Origin: Lytechinus pictus | Taxonomy: Eukaryota | Reading direction: 5' to 3' | Length of the DNA stretch: 64,000 bases | Assembly: GCF_037042905.1 (NCBI RefSeq) | Contig: NC_087251.1 | Span: 17,050,001 to 17,114,000 of the forward strand | In this document: positions 1 to 17,750 of the stretch, piece by piece | How positions within the stretch are numbered: position 1 is the stretch's first letter | Layout: every line of letters begins with the position of its first letter | Position numbers and translations under genes: made by a program | Notes under the pieces: model-generated | The model's database searches: none | What the model saw: the letters and a program-made list of their open reading frames with translations, nothing else | Told to the model about the DNA's origin: nothing

Positions 1-3000
1 TCGATGGTGATGGCGTGGCTGACATCATGGATGCCTGTCCAGAGAATGCTATGATCCAACGGACCGATCTCTCAGCATTCCAGATGGTGCCCATGGATCC
101 TTCCGGTGCATCCCAACTGGAACCGAACTGGATGGTCAGGAATCATGGTCTTGAGCTTGTCCAAACTATCAACAGCGATCCTGGATTAGCAGTCGGTCAG
201 TTTCATATTCCTCTCCCTTTTCCTTCTCCGATGTTCTACCTATACTCTTCTTCCTCACCTCGATTACCCCCTCCTCTACTTCTTCGTCTTCTTCTTTACC
301 AGCCACTTGTTTCTTCCATATCTTCCTATCATTTTCCATCACATTCTCATTTTTCGATGTCCCCCTAACATCTTCACCTTGTTCACGCCTCCTTTCATTA
401 CTTTCCCTAAACATTTAACCTCCCTCAATTTTTTCCCCATCTTATCTTTTCTACCTTAAGTCAGATCAAAGATTTATTTTCATATTTTACATAATTATTT
501 GGAAGAGAGAAAATTTCTTAAGTCTTATATTTATTGGCTGTTACGTATGCTGTGCGTCCAAGATTGTTGTACATAAATATGAACCAGCTTTCTAAATATC
601 TTGCTGTACGGCATGACATCCAGTCTCTCATAATGCAAGCAACATGGAGAGAAGGAAACGCGCCCAGATTACAATTTTGGCAGAACTACAACAAATATAT
701 ATCGAAAATAATGATGCAAAAAAGTTGACATCATAATCAGGATATGATTATGATCTTTGTCACAAATTGACCATGTAAACACCACCCATCATATGGTTTG
801 CTCAGACCTTTTTGCGGTTTCCTGAAGTTAAAATTAAAAACAGGATTTACAGTCAGACACAATGCCAGATGGCCGAACACCTGAAATAACTCACGAAACA
901 TCTAGCTAAATATTGATGAAAAAGGAGTCAATGAACTTGAAACAAAATGCTATAATTGAAATAGTGCGTTTGGAGACACTGCCCTGTCAATTGTTACTTT
1001 TTTCTTTGTTTTGTATTTACTGATACCTTTCATAAATATGACAAAATAATTAAATATAAGTTCTTGCATTGAAGTAGAACTCTGTGACAAGGAGATTTGT
1101 CAGTTAAACCCAGAATACATTTTCAAAATATTTATTCCAACATATTTATTTCTTTTAAAAATCTTCACTGCAGGTTACGACGAATTCGAGAGCGTCGAGT
1201 TTAGTGGTACCTTTTACGTGAACACAGCAAAAGATGACGATTATGCAGGTTTTATTTTTGGTTACCAATCTAACCATCGATTCTATGCTGTCATGTGGAA
1301 ACAGGTCACCCAGAAATACTGGCAACCGGACCCAAGCCCTGCTGAAGCTACCGCTGGTCTACAACTCAAGGTAACCTTTGCCATTTTAGAAGGAACTTTG
1401 TTCTTCAGCCATGTTAGCTGCTTCATGATGCTTGAGGAATTCCCAAACGCAGACCCTCTTGAAACTATTCAAAATTTCAAATGAAACACAAAGTAGCATG
1501 CTCGTTTTGAACGGAAGGAAGAACTATAAAGAATTAATCCGAACAGTACTTTGTGTAATTCGCTTCACAATACTTTTGGAATCATAGGTCATCATTATTT
1601 TAAACTGTTTTAAGAATTCAAACGAAGCACAAAACATTTACTTATTAATGATATGGGTCTTTTGAAGGTGTGATGAATAAATTGACGCAGAAATACAAAT
1701 TTCGGTAATCACTTTCCTTCGATTCTATTTTCAGCTGATCAACTCAACCACTGGCCCTGGAGAATACTTGAGAAATGCTATGTGGCACACTGGAGATACA
1801 GAAAATCAGGTGAGGTTATTACAATTCAAACATTCTTCATATAACCATCAAGATCAACCATACAATCAATTGATCTGAATAATTATTAAGAGTTGTATAT
1901 AAAGAGGAAAATCATTTAGCATTAATTCAATCAAATCGGATGTAAAATGATGCAATTGTGACATTGTAGATTAATATTCATTTAAAAAAATTAGTTATGC
2001 ACAACGACATAAAAGCTCTTGTCAAATAATAAGTTACAGTGTTAAATGGTGATTTCACTGTCGAACCAATGTCAAATTAAGCAGAAATTAGATTTTACAT
2101 CCGATTTTCATGAAATTCTCATTGCTATGCTTGTATGATTTTCTCGGATTCATATCAGCTTATCGGGCTTTTGGTTTGGTGATTTTGGCTTTAAAGATCA
2201 TTGTTCATCAAAAATGTTATGCCTTGGGATGGCTATTTTTTCATTCCAAAGAACAATGTCTTTTTAAGAAAATTCTAGAATTTAATTGTTCATACTTGAG
2301 GTGTGTTCGAAGGTGGCAGTTTTCCAAGGTCAATATTCCTTCCTTTTCTTTTTGAAGCCAAACCGGAAGTCAAAATAAAATTCTCTAGAGGCTGAGTCAT
2401 TTTGTCCAAGATTCGTCGTGTCACCCTCCAACATTTTTTGATCCCCTCCCCCATCCTCTAAACCTTTTTTGCCTTCCATCCAAGAAATCAGATCGGAAAT
2501 CGAAACATTTGCGAGCGATCTTGAAACTTTATCCTAACTTAATTTCCGTAGTGATCTCAAAAAAGAAAATAATGCTACCTTGGGAATTCTTTTTTAACTT
2601 TAGGGCAAATTTCAAGTTCATAAACTCAATTTTTCTTTTAAGATATTGAGAGCTGCCAAAGGCTTGAAATATTGCTATGTCATTGCATCTTGCTGATCTT
2701 GTTTAAACGAAAAAGTAAGGCTCAGAATCGGTAATAGAAATACTGATAAAACTTAATGCATTTCTTCCACGAAAAGAAAAAAGAAAACATCTTTCTTTTC
2801 TGGACCTTATTAAAAATAAATATTCATCTGCTAACGTTATAATTACAAGAAGGATAGTTTCTCTACCATCGAATCTTAGCAGTAAACGAAATAAGATTTC
2901 TTGTATTACAATTAATATTTTTTTAGAATGCCTTTAACAATAATGTTTTAATGAAAAATGAATGAAATGAGTGCATATATTTCAGCCAGGCTGCATTCTG

Positions 3001-6000
3001 ATAAAAAACATGACTTGATAATAATAGTAATGATGCATCTTTCTTACATCTTGCATTTTTTGTTAATACACTTCAGTAAAATAAAAGTAGGCATCAGCAG
3101 AGTAATAAATCGAACAGTTCTAAAAGAGTGAAATGAATATTGAATGAAAAGGAAACTAGGACAAACTAGGCGTATTAAATGAGGAACTTCCTTGGTTTAG
3201 AGTGACCTATAAGATTACATGGGGAGTGGAGGACATGGAAGAGGGGGCAGGGATAGCGCCCTTAGAAACCAACAGGTTGGTTTGTTGGTGCCTGTCGGGG
3301 GTAACTAGGATGGGAGAAGGGGTGCCAAGAAGGGGTCCCTGCCAATTCATAGGGGATTTATAGGGTGTCCAATGTGATCCCATGCAGGATTTAGAGGGTG
3401 TTGAAGATTTCCATATCCCCATGGGATTTCTCAAAAGCTTTCTGATCGGATCAATTCAGAAGACAACCACGCAGCAAGCGGAAGGAAGATTGGTTTTTAA
3501 TGATATTAGGAGATCTGAACAACATGTCATTTAACATTAATGTTATCCAGCTAATTTTTTTCAAACATACAATGATAGGCTATTTCTGCCTATTTTCTCC
3601 ATATTTTATCAGGATATCAGTAAACTGTTTTTTTCTTCTTAAATGACGTCTTGGTGAATATAAACTTTTATGGATATCCTGTTTAAAGTATTAACAAATC
3701 TCATGTTTCTCGCATTTTACAGGTGAAGTTGATTTGGAGTGATCCAAATAAAATTGGATGGAAAGATTTCACTGCTTACAGGTGGACCGTTACACACAGA
3801 CCCATCGATGGTTTTATGCAGTAAGTAATTCTGTGGTTAATTCAGATATTGTCTTCTCGGCCTCGCCCATTGAGCTACTTTCATTTTATTTAAATATTAA
3901 GATTTATGCCAGAACGCAGGCATCCCTCAGTATCTTTCCCACTCACTCGCTGTCTGTGACAGGAGCTCATGTGATAAATATTCTAAATCGGTCTCTCAGA
4001 ATGTCTCATCGGTATGGTGAAGTAGCTCGAATAAATGTCGAAAGGATACCATATGACAAGAGCAACGGAGACGTGATTCGAATTAGAATAGCAAAAGGAA
4101 GGGTATCCCATAACACATCTTAAATTGATCGCGAAAGCCAAGGGGAGTAGATATATTATTAGACACTGCGTTTGGTGAGAAGTATGGCACATTCATTCAT
4201 GTTTGACAGTGATGGGTGTGATGGTAGTATAAACCCTCGCCAAAGTCCTCGTCAATTGTCACTGGTTGTCACCGAGCGGAACAACCCCCGTCTTCACCTC
4301 CTTCCTCTCCCCCTTCCTGTCATCCATGTCTGAGGGATGTTGTTTGCTTCAGACAATAGCTCTATGTGGGACAGGAAAAGCCCAAAGCGACTGGGATGAA
4401 AAGACATGGAGACATGGCTTAGCATAACGCTCCAACGCCTGGATTGCCGGATTGCCGTGACGTGAAAATTCTTACGGACTGTGTATGAAACAGAAGTTTA
4501 AGATGAATGGCGACAAGTAGTCTAAAATAACTTTATTTCCGGTGCCATAATTCATTATGCTTTAGGGCAGGCGACGTCCATTCACTAATGATTAAAGGCC
4601 AATGTCCTCTCGATATTTCTGCACATAATTCATAGATATTTGAGGAGGTTTGTTCTTGTGTCGTCTAAGAAACCATAATTGATAAAAGAGAGAAATAAAG
4701 TTACAGTTCTACAATTTATTGTTATTTCTCATTCTTAGTCCAGTGTCAAAATATAATTCTTTCTAAAAAGGGGAGATTGTGAAACGAATTAAAAGCGGGT
4801 ATTACTTTCCTTTAAACATAATTTTCACATCCCTTAGGTTAGGATCGTTTCTATGTTCATTGGGATGAGACGCATGTCGACAGATGGCGCACTTCTTCTC
4901 TGTGAAACGACGTTGATAACAAAAAATCGTGTCTTTGAAAGTTTTGCTTTTGATCCTTCATATTTTCGCCTGCTACAGCATTCAAATAATGTACGTTGTC
5001 ACCTTCTCGGGTGCCTATGTGTTTTGTTGAAATACAGTTGTTGTCATTTCCATTTACTATTTCTTTTGTTGTAGAATTTGTCTTAAAAAGAATCATCATT
5101 GTGTGATTAGAATGTGACTAAAAGTAGTTTTAACGAAGACGATTCATTATGTTACTTTGTTTTTTGATTTTTTATTTATCGAGCGATCTTTTTGTTTTTC
5201 TTGTTTGTTGTAGGGTTACAGCGTGGGAAGGTAGTAATGTTTTGGCAGACTCCGGCCCCCTCTACGACTCAACGTTAAGAGGAGGACGATTGGGACTCTA
5301 CTGCTTCTCTCAGGAAATGGTCTTCTTCTCTGACATGGAATATAGATGTCTATCAGGTAATAAGCTTGCCAAGTATTGTTTTCAATTACAAATTAACATT
5401 TTATATAAGCCCCTTGCAGGCATAGCTCGTGTTAGATTTTAAAAGCATAATGCGATCAGAGGATCATATTAAATAGAAGTCATTAATTTCGGTTTTTATG
5501 ATTTAGTTCATTAATATCAATTTCAATAGAATGTCCAAAATCTGCACTGTAATATCGGTGAGAGACAAAGAAAAAAAAATCCGGATTAAAAGTAAACACG
5601 CCTGGCTGTCTTTATTCATTTTTTTGGTCAGACATTACTCATTGTAAATGTTTTAAGGTGAAAATGTGGAAAATGAGTATACTACATGCAACATTAAATC
5701 ATTACCAGACATGCATGCTCGATGTTACCCAATATTTAGTTAACGAAATTTTATAGTATATCTTTAAAGATGAAATGAAACTTAATCCATTTTTAGTGAA
5801 GTTTAAAAAGCCTTTCCAGTAATGACATAAAGTGTTATAAATGTCAGTATTTATTTATGGAATAATGCTCATATTTCTATACCGAATCTGTTATATACTT
5901 CATGCATCTAATAGACCTACGTTGCACTTATACAGTCTTATATAACCCATTACCATTTGTCAAAGTAATAATAATAAATGAATTTAAATGGATATCCTTC

Positions 6001-6016
6001 TCTTTCAGATTACTAA
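1..6016 (+). CDS. Thrombospondin (TSP3/4/COMP-like), 3' part: last type-3 repeat and C-terminal L-lectin domain; 5' end lies outside the window
   Basis: Exons <1-195, 1174-1370, 1735-1809, 3723-3820, 5214-5356, 6009-6016, all GT-AG and frame-consistent. The translation has TSP hallmarks: [85 protein letters not shown] and [24 protein letters not shown]. The last 8-nt coding exon (..LSDY*) is less certain. Confidence 0.93.
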
Positions 6017-8639
6017 GAATAGAGCGATACATTAAAGCTTGACTTCTACAACAAATCGGAATGTTAACGAGATACTTGATACTTCTCGTGTACAAGGAGT
6101 ATACGTAAAACGAACTTGTCCCTTCCTTTACAATGAAAATGTATTCATCATCGGAGTTCAATCGCTAGAAAAAAAAAGACGATTATTGAAATGAAGGAGA
6201 ACATTTACTGGTGTGTGCTAACAGTGAGGGAAGAGCCACCGACAGAGCTGCATATTCAGGGAAGATTTCTTTGAAATAGGGAGACTTGGTGAGCGATCTT
6301 GATGGAGAAACACACATAAAGATGAGAGAGATGTCCCGATGTGGTGAAATCATTCAAGAAGCAGTCTATTAAAACACGTCTCATGAGTTTGAAGGAGAAA
6401 CTATAGGACATGTAGGAGGCGTCTACTATAAAAGATGTGTTGAAGTGAGAATGTGTTTGTAATAAAGCCGTGGAAAATATCATGAATTATGACAAAATGA
6501 AATCCTGACCGAATGGAAAACGCGACTTATTTCATTTTTTAATTATTACTTTACAGCATTGTGTATGCCTCTTCATTTCTCACTCGGGTCATCATCACGT
6601 GACCGACGTTATGTTATCGATAGAGTGTCACTTGGATTTATTATTATTCAAATACTAATGGTGTATTTTAACTTATGTACAGAATGATTATGCATGGCCT
6701 TAGTGAATACTTCGCTTATCTGTAAGTCTGTAACGTCAGCAGTATGACCGACCCAGTGGTCATGTGACACTCCGTTTTCAGAAACAAAATTGTTTCCATA
6801 ATCAGTTAATATAGTTAGAAAATAAACTCTACTGTGGCTTCCAAGTCAACGAGGATAATATTGATTGTTGTGATTCTATTTGTTTGACTATTTATGGTGT
6901 ATGTAAGACTAAAAGTAACATAAAGCAAGGCAACTGAATTTATGCAATGATGTGTCTGTGTATTTCGTATGTGTGTGCCAAAGTTGTGACTGTGTCTATG
7001 TGATGTTGATGGTGGAATGCGCATGCGTTGTGCTTTTAGTCTGTATAGTAATATGCTTATTTGTACTCTTTTCTAAAATTATGAACGAATAGATTAATCG
7101 TTCATTCTACTTTTCGGTACTTTTTCTTAAAATAATGAATGATTGAATATTACTAAACCCTGACCATTGTCAAAATGTGAATTCTCTGCAACTCTAGTCA
7201 CATTTATATAACCACAATGATTACGTTCTCACTGAAAAAAGGGTCAGTAATCAGTGAAATAATAAATCATTATGTTTCTATGATATTAAAATTCGATATT
7301 TAAAAGTTGCCCCAATTCAGATTTAGAAATTTATGAATATTTAAAGGTTGAGAACCTCTTTTGAGATTAATATCGTATCATATGATATCATCAACGCTGT
7401 CATATAATACGATTTTGATAATGTCAAATTTCGAATTTTTGTAAATATTTATCATTAAAACTATTAACTTGAGGTAATTTTACAGTTTCTATATTGTGTA
7501 AGTAAAACAATTTATCACCAATATGCTACTTATTGTACATACGAAAAAAAATATTGTGTTAATGAATATCGATTATATGATTTCAATGAATAATTTTTTC
7601 ATTGGTCCTCGTTCTTACATGACATCTATGAATTAAAATAGTTAGATGTGATTTAATGAAGTAAGGTTTTTAAAAGTGTGAGTTTCAAGCTCATCAAATG
7701 GGTGAATGTTAAACATTTCTTCAAATGAAAGTGCATTTGACAACACGGATCCATTAAATGCATCGATAATTATAAGTCAACAAAACATTCTTTCCTTATG
7801 TTTTCACCATTATGATTATGTTTTCTTGCCAAACATCTTACTAGAAAATTTCTGACATAATATTTTGAGAAGAATATTATATACGTTTATAGAGTGAAAA
7901 GATAACATAAAGGTTTTTAAAAATGTTTTCTCTATCTCAAATGATTAGGAAGCAAAGAAGAGATAGAAATGATTATCAACATGATAAATGCAACAGATAA
8001 AAGTCGATATTGGAAAATATTAAGAGATACTATAAGAACATGGTTTACAAATTAAACAGTTATGCTGATGAATGACAAAACTTTGTGAAAACTAATTGGA
8101 GAATCGATGATTATATGGGAGACCAAAATCACTTGTTTCTATCGATATGGAAAATTTGATGGCAAAAGCGATGTTGAAAATGTTGAAAGATAAATAAATA
8201 TTTACCTCGGTAAGTTTTAAGTTAATGTTTGTATCATGTAGCTTTATTTCATTACGAGTTGGAGAAAATCTCTAATCACGCAAGGCCGTAAGATTTTTTT
8301 TCTAATAACCCTTTTTAAAAGGGGTTCATTTTGCCCCAAATTTTTGTCTCGTGTATACTGCCTTCTTCTAAATTGATCAATTGAAATAGGTTATCATCTA
8401 CCCCCCCTAAAAATGACTGTTTCCCAAAACGCCCCCTTCCCCTTACCATATAAAGATATTGCGTTTGTTCGAATGAAAGTAAAGGACTTAAAGATAAAGA
8501 CATACTGTATAGAGGGAGGGAGAGAGAGAGGGAGGGAGGGGGAGAGAGACTAGAAAGGTGAGACGGAGTGAAGGTGAGAAAGAGAAGAGAAATAGATATC
8601 GGAAGTGCACTTTGTAAAAAAGGGTGATTTTGTATTTCC

Positions 8640-10060
8640 TATTAAAACTGCACTAAACATCTTTTTTTTTTAAATGGTTGTAATCAATATGCTGGATTTA
8701 GTGAACATTCAGACAAAAAATCATATTTAAAATCTATTTTTTGTAAAAAAAAATTAATTAAAACTGCCCCAAAGCATATCTAAAATGAACAAGTATAGGT
8801 TGTAATCGAACTTCTTAGAGTAACATTTAGAACATATAGGATAGAGAAAATATGTATTATTACGAAAAACATGAATCCCCCCTTATTCCTTTGGGTAAAA
8901 TTATGATTTTTTAAAATTAATTCATGAAAACTTCCGAAAGCCTATATTTTAACAACACAAACGAGGGTTATAACCAAACCTCTATGCTCGGAATGCATTC
9001 ATAACTAATATTTTTTACGGAAATCATGAACGAACCCCTTGTTATTTTGGTTTCGAAAAAGATTTTTTTTTTTTTTAAGAAATCTGCCCAAGTTTATTAT
9101 CTAAGTACAAATTCGGTTCGCAATAATCAAATTAGGCTGACGGAGCATTCATAACGGATTTTTTTTCATATTCAAGAAAAACTGGGCTCCTTACTAATTT
9201 TGTGTTTAGGCTGAGGGGGCATTCATAACTAAAGAATGAAAGAAAAATGGTTGATATTTTGACGAAAATCATTACTTAACTCCTTGTTCTTTATTTCTTA
9301 AAATTATGAAAAACTACCCAAAACCTATTTAGAATAAAAGTTGGTTCGTTATTAACAGTTTAGGCTGAGGGAAAATTCACAACAAAGGAAAGAAAATGGA
9401 AACATTATATTTTTACCGATAATCATTAACTAACCCCCTTTTTGGGGTAAAAACGTAAGGAGTATTGAAAATCTAATGAAATTACCTCAACCCCTTTGTA
9501 AAACACGTAAAGGTATCATAATCAATCTACGGGCTTAGAAAGCATTCGTTTTAAAATAAAAAAGCAAATCATCAATATTCATGTTTTTGACAAATATCAT
9601 GAACTAAACTTATTTTGGACAAAAAGCCAGGTTTCGAAAATGTATGAAAAATGCCCAATTCCCCTTTCAGACTGAAAGGGATCGTGATAACATGCTGGGC
9701 ATGGGAAACGTTCAAAACAAAATATTAAAGAAAATTTAAAAACATTGATATTTTTCGAAAAATCATGAACCCAATCTTTTGTCATTTTGGTCGAAAAAGA
9801 CTGTTTTAGAAAATTTCATGAAAATAATTATACTCTTAACACTACTTAAAAAGGAACCGTAATAATCTATCGAATCTTGGTGAATATTCACACACACACA
9901 CACACAAAAAGAATGTAAATCGAAAATTTTTACAATTATAAACTAACCATCAAATATTTTAGGCTTGGGGTCTACAGTGGTGATATCTAAATGTCATGAA
10001 AAACAAAGAGTGAAGAAAATTTTATATTTTTGACGAGAATCATCAACTATGCCAATGTGT
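8640..10060. repeat. Degenerate AT-rich tandem array, period roughly 160-180 bp
   Basis: The motif GAAAA(C/T)TGCCC(A/G)AA and variants recurs at about 8761, 8926, 9080, 9310, 9478 and 9647. Each is followed by similar TAATC/GCATTCATAAC/GAAAATCAT segments. Confidence 0.5.
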
Positions 10061-10171
10061 TTCTGAAGGCGGCATGCAAGCACATACTTGTCATAATGTC
10101 GTACTTGAAACGTCACCATTTTTCTTACTTTCTTACAAATGTGGTGTACGTTTTTTTTTCATGTGGATTTC

Positions 10172-10207
10172 ATCATGGACCTACTACTACTGTAGTAGGT
10201 CCATGAT
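10172..10207. repeat. Perfect 16-bp-arm palindrome ATCATGGACCTACTAC-tact-GTAGTAGGTCCATGAT
   Basis: Seen directly. Related copies occur at 10973-10986 (half) and 62892-62926. Confidence 0.8.
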
Positions 10208-10702
10208 ATCATGAAACTGCCCGAATCTTCCTTGTAACAACAAACAACCTTATTTACATGATGTGGACAGCTTATTTTCACATGGGTGAAGTCTTATTCA
10301 CGATCATCATTGAGGCAGGGGGGAAGTTAATCCCCCAAGAATGTGTTTTAATGAAACATAAAGTGAGTAAAGTGAGTGCATTCAACATCTGCATTTGATT
10401 TTAATAATTTATCCTATACTATCGTTTATACTACACTTTTATTCAAAGTAATATATTGTTTAGTATCAATCTGAATCTGAATAGGTCTGTTTATTCAGAC
10501 TATTTTCACTCTGCGCGTCTCTATACCTATAAACTTAGTGACGCATGATTCCAAAACCCATTGTGCAATCCCAATATTTAAATAATCAAAATCATCCAGC
10601 AGAGAAAGATTTGTAAATACAACTTTGAACTCACTTCAAGCCACTATACTAATAGCTCTGGTGAACACTACATGTATATTCCTCCAATGTTTAGTCGTTT
10701 GA

Positions 10703-13835
<3,133 letters not shown>

Positions 13836-13928
13836 TTTTGATTGACGTTAAAATATATCATTCCAAAGAATACCAAAACACCAAAGAAATTAATAGTGCC
13901 GTAATCATGATAATGATATACGGAAACC

Positions 13929-14905
13929 CAGTGGCATACCGTTGGTCACGGCATGGGGGGCACCAGCAAAAATTTGAGTCACTTAGCGGGCACGCAAAGC
14001 GCGTTCAATATCAATATGTAATGAAACATTTTGATACTCAGATATAAAGAAAGGATATTATAAGCAAATTTGTGTAAAATTTTGTGCAAATTTGAGCTGA
14101 AATTTTCGTATACTTTGACCCCAAACAGGGACATTTTAAGGACTGTTTATTAGGAATTTATGAAGAGCATACTTATCTCACCATAGTCAATGCGAGCGCC
14201 AAGCTCGTGCTGATTTTTATTAATAGAATGACACCTAAACAGATGAAGAACTTTTGTAGTCATTGTATTTATGAAGATGATACGTGTTTCAATAATCAAA
14301 TATTGCAAGCGAAGCACGAGCTGATTTTTTTTGATATTCAGACCTGAAGAGGGCCATTCTATAAGGCTTGTTTGTAGGAATTCAGTAAGACCATACGTAT
14401 TTCGATAGCCAAAATAATGCGAGCGCGAAGCGCCAGCTGAAATTTTTTGATATTCAGACCAGAAAAGGGGACATTTAAGGACTGTGTTTAGAAATTTATG
14501 AGGAGCAGACATATCTCACCAATTCAGTAATGCGAAAATAAGCACGGACTGGAAATAATTTGTATTCAGACCTTCAAAGGTTATAAAAAAGAAGTATAAA
14601 TTATGTCACTACATAAAATAATAAAAGCTCGAAGTGCGAGGAAATTTATTTTGTGCATATAGACTTGAAAACGGGATGTTTTAGTACCAATTAGTTTCCT
14701 TGAACAGGATTATATGTCTCAATAAAAAAGACAATGCGAGCACCAGGAATGATGAAGACATATAGGCATTAAGCAAATTATGTTTCATAAAGTTATGAAA
14801 AAATACTCATCCCCACTACGTTTCTCTATCTTTCTCCCTCCTTTTCTCCCCCCCCCCCGTTTTTTTTGTCTTGTTTTTTTGTTTGTTTTTTGCCAGCCGA
14901 TGGCT
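13929..14905 (+). mobile_element. Non-autonomous DNA transposon (CAGTGGC-terminus, hAT-like), right end truncated
   Basis: Begins CAGTGGCATACCGTTGGTCACGGCATGGGGG and is collinear with the copy at 25145-26114. Contains internal ~110-bp repeats with ATGCGAGCGCGAAGCGC. Confidence 0.7.
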
Positions 14906-15603
14906 AAAGGCTTGGTAAATGCTAAAAAAATAAAAATGTGAATTGTTGATTTGACTATCATAAAACGTTCAAATTTTACAAATGTCTGATGACAGCTGGA
15001 AATTTTTACTCTGTTGATTCTTTGTGAAAATTTCACTATTCATCTTTACTTTAAGAAAAGCTAGCGTCACTTGTGTTTTTTTAAAGGGTCCTTTGAACCT
15101 GCCTTACAATAAAGTGATTGTACATCAGTAAACTGTAAAAAAAATATATACTTTGTATATATATTAATGAAATGTCCAGCCCATTCCACGCGTGATTAAT
15201 GATTTTACATTAAAAATAATAGAATACGGGTTTTTTTGTCGGAATCCTCACCAATGAAAATTTTCATGTAAAATCGAAAAAAAAAAACGGTCAGTCACAA
15301 ACACTCATTTGTATTTCATATCATCCACACAATAACAGTTTGAGGACATGCATTTTCACTAATTTAACAGTGACAGACATTTTTTAACTTACCAAGATCT
15401 AAGAAAGGCTTTATCAAATTTATAGATCGTTTGAACTCGTGTATGCATACTCCCCCCCCCCTCCATCCAGTCAATGCAGCGATATCAACTTTTTTTTTAT
15501 CTGTATCTGTCGCTTTCTCTTTATTCTCCCTCCGTTTCTCCTTTCACGTTCTTTCATCTCGCCTCCCTGCCCCCCCCCCGTATTTCAAGCTTGGGCTCTC
15601 TTA

Positions 15604-16788
15604 AGCCCCTTTCACAATTGACGTACGACCTGTTTACGACCACCTGCAACAGTTTTTTCTTGTTGTTGCACGATCGATCCCATGGTGTCTTGCGAGCACT
15701 CGCAGTCGTTGTAGACGATCGCACAAACTCGAGGTGGTCGGAGGTGATCGTGACTGGTCGCATCTGAACTTTGAACATGTTCAAAATCCAAACGCGATCA
15801 AATACGATTGATTCACTCGCAACAGGTCGTACCATCGGTCGGGCGATCATCGTGTGAGTGTTGTTCAACGTTGTACGACTTGGTGCGAGAGGTGGCACAA
15901 CTAAGTATAGTCGAATTTAGTCGACTGGAGGTCGTACAACACTTGCACATGTGCTGGAGACCTACAGAGACCAGTCTTGCGACTGGGTGCGATAAAATGA
16001 GACTGTTGCAAGACCGATCGAAATTACGGCTTACTACATTCCACTACCGTTGCATTCGCATGTATGCGACCGTTCAGCCCCTTTCACAATTGACGTCCGA
16101 CCAGTTTACGACTGCCTGCAACAGTTTTTTCTTGTTGTTGCACGATCGATCTCTTGGTGTCTTGCGAGCACTCGCAGTCGTTGTAGACGGTCGCACGAAC
16201 TCGAGGTGGTCGTGACTGGTCACATCTGAACTTTGAACATGTTCAAAATCCGAACGCGATCAAATACGATCGATTCACTCACATCAGACCGTACCCGGGG
16301 TCGTACCATCGGTCGGGCGATCATCGTGCGAGTGTCTTTCAACGTTGTACGACTTGGTGCGAGAGGTGGCACAACTAAGTAGTCGCATTTACTTGACTGG
16401 AGGTCGTGCAACACTTGCACATGTGCAAGCGACCTACATGTACAGAGACCTGTCTTGCGACTGGTTGCGATAATAATATGGGCCATAAGACTGTTGCAAG
16501 ACCGATCGCAACGGCTTACAACATTGCACTACCGTTTCATTCGCATGTATGCGACCGTTCCACTCGCAATCCCTCGTGCAACACTCGCATGTGATCGCAC
16601 GAGCACAATAAGAGTATATGCGACTTACTCGTGCATCGGGGTTTACTGGTTGTTTTGTTGTACGACAGCTGTTGCAACTGTGAAAGCCTCTGTGCGATCT
16701 TATGAGATGACTAGCGATTGATGCCTGTTGCAGCCTGTCGCACGACCAAAAGGTCGCAAATGGTCGTACGTCAATTGTGAAAGGGGCT
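15604..16788. mobile_element. PIF/Harbinger-like non-autonomous element with duplicated left arm
   Basis: TIR AGCCCCTTTCACAATTGACGTACGACC at 15604 and its reverse complement ending at 16788, with TTA on both flanks (3-bp TWA TSD). 15604-16075 is repeated from 16076. Confidence 0.85.
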
Positions 16789-17028
16789 TTACCCAACCTC
16801 TATCCCACTTGTCTGTATATACATGGCTAACGTTGTCGATCTTGTCTACAGCCACTGCCCCTCCCTCTCTTTCTCTCTCATTAAATTCCACGCCATTGAC
16901 GAAAATCAAAGCTTCATAATCCCATATTTTAATGACTAATTTTCCTTGTTTTCTTCTATGAAGAAAGTATATCGGTTGGTATACAATTTTGTTCTCTTTC
17001 ATCATTAAGAATAAAAAAGAAAATCTTA

Positions 17029-17184
17029 GGGCCGTTTCATAAAGCTGTTCGTAAGTTAAGAGCGACTGGTGATCCTTTCTTGTGGTAAATGATATGTTCA
17101 TTGGTGATTACTTCGCGTGTAAGAGATGTTCACCAGTCGTTCTTAAAGTTGCTCTTAACTTACGAACAGCTTTATGAAAAACCC
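17029..17184. mobile_element. MITE (short hairpin element)
   Basis: Inverted arms TTTCATAAAGCTGTTCGTAAGTTAAGAGC / GCTCTTAACTTACGAACAGCTTTATGAAA. Confidence 0.8.
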
Positions 17185-17596
17185 ACCAGAAATCAAAGGA
17201 AAATTTTATAAAACTGTCTTGTTTCAAGAAAATGAAATTAAACATTTTCTGGTCATTTTTATAAGTCTTCTTTTTTATATGTCAATACAAGCTAATTGTG
17301 TTTACATGTTTTACTTTTCCTCTCTTTTTTACTTTTAATTGCTTGTTTTGAAAAATAGGAGGATCTTGATGTGATGCATTGGCAGCAATTCATTAATTAC
17401 ATTTTTTTCGTCAGCTTTCAAATTTCTGGAGGGACGGTCCCCAAATGAAATTTAAAGAGGACCGTCCCCTATCACCCTGGATCGCCAACCCTGTCGTTAA
17501 TGAGAATCCTCAAACAAAACTGTGACTGTGAAGAAAAATCAATTTCTGATCGTTTGGACGATTGCAAAATATTTCAGCATACGCTTATTATCAGGC

Positions 17597-17750
17597 CCTG
17601 GGGTCCGTTGCAGAAAGAGTTGCGTTTTTAAACGCAAGTCAAAAAATCAATCGCAAGTTCCAAATGCGCGCTGTTGATTGGTTGAAAATCAAGTTGTGCA
17701 TGATTTTTAGAGTTTCGATTGATTGCAACTCTTTCTGCAACGGGCCCAGG
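17597..17750. mobile_element. MITE (short hairpin element)
   Basis: Inverted arms CCGTTGCAGAAAGAGTTGC / GCAACTCTTTCTGCAACGG. Confidence 0.8.

Noticed and set aside
3207-3434. GC-richer island with a 75-aa minus-strand ORF in a thrombospondin intron
   Set aside because: No motif or splice support; probably a repeat fragment.
15439-16919. Cluster of overlapping 60-135 aa ORFs
   Set aside because: They lie within a non-autonomous TIR element and show no transposase or other recognisable motif.
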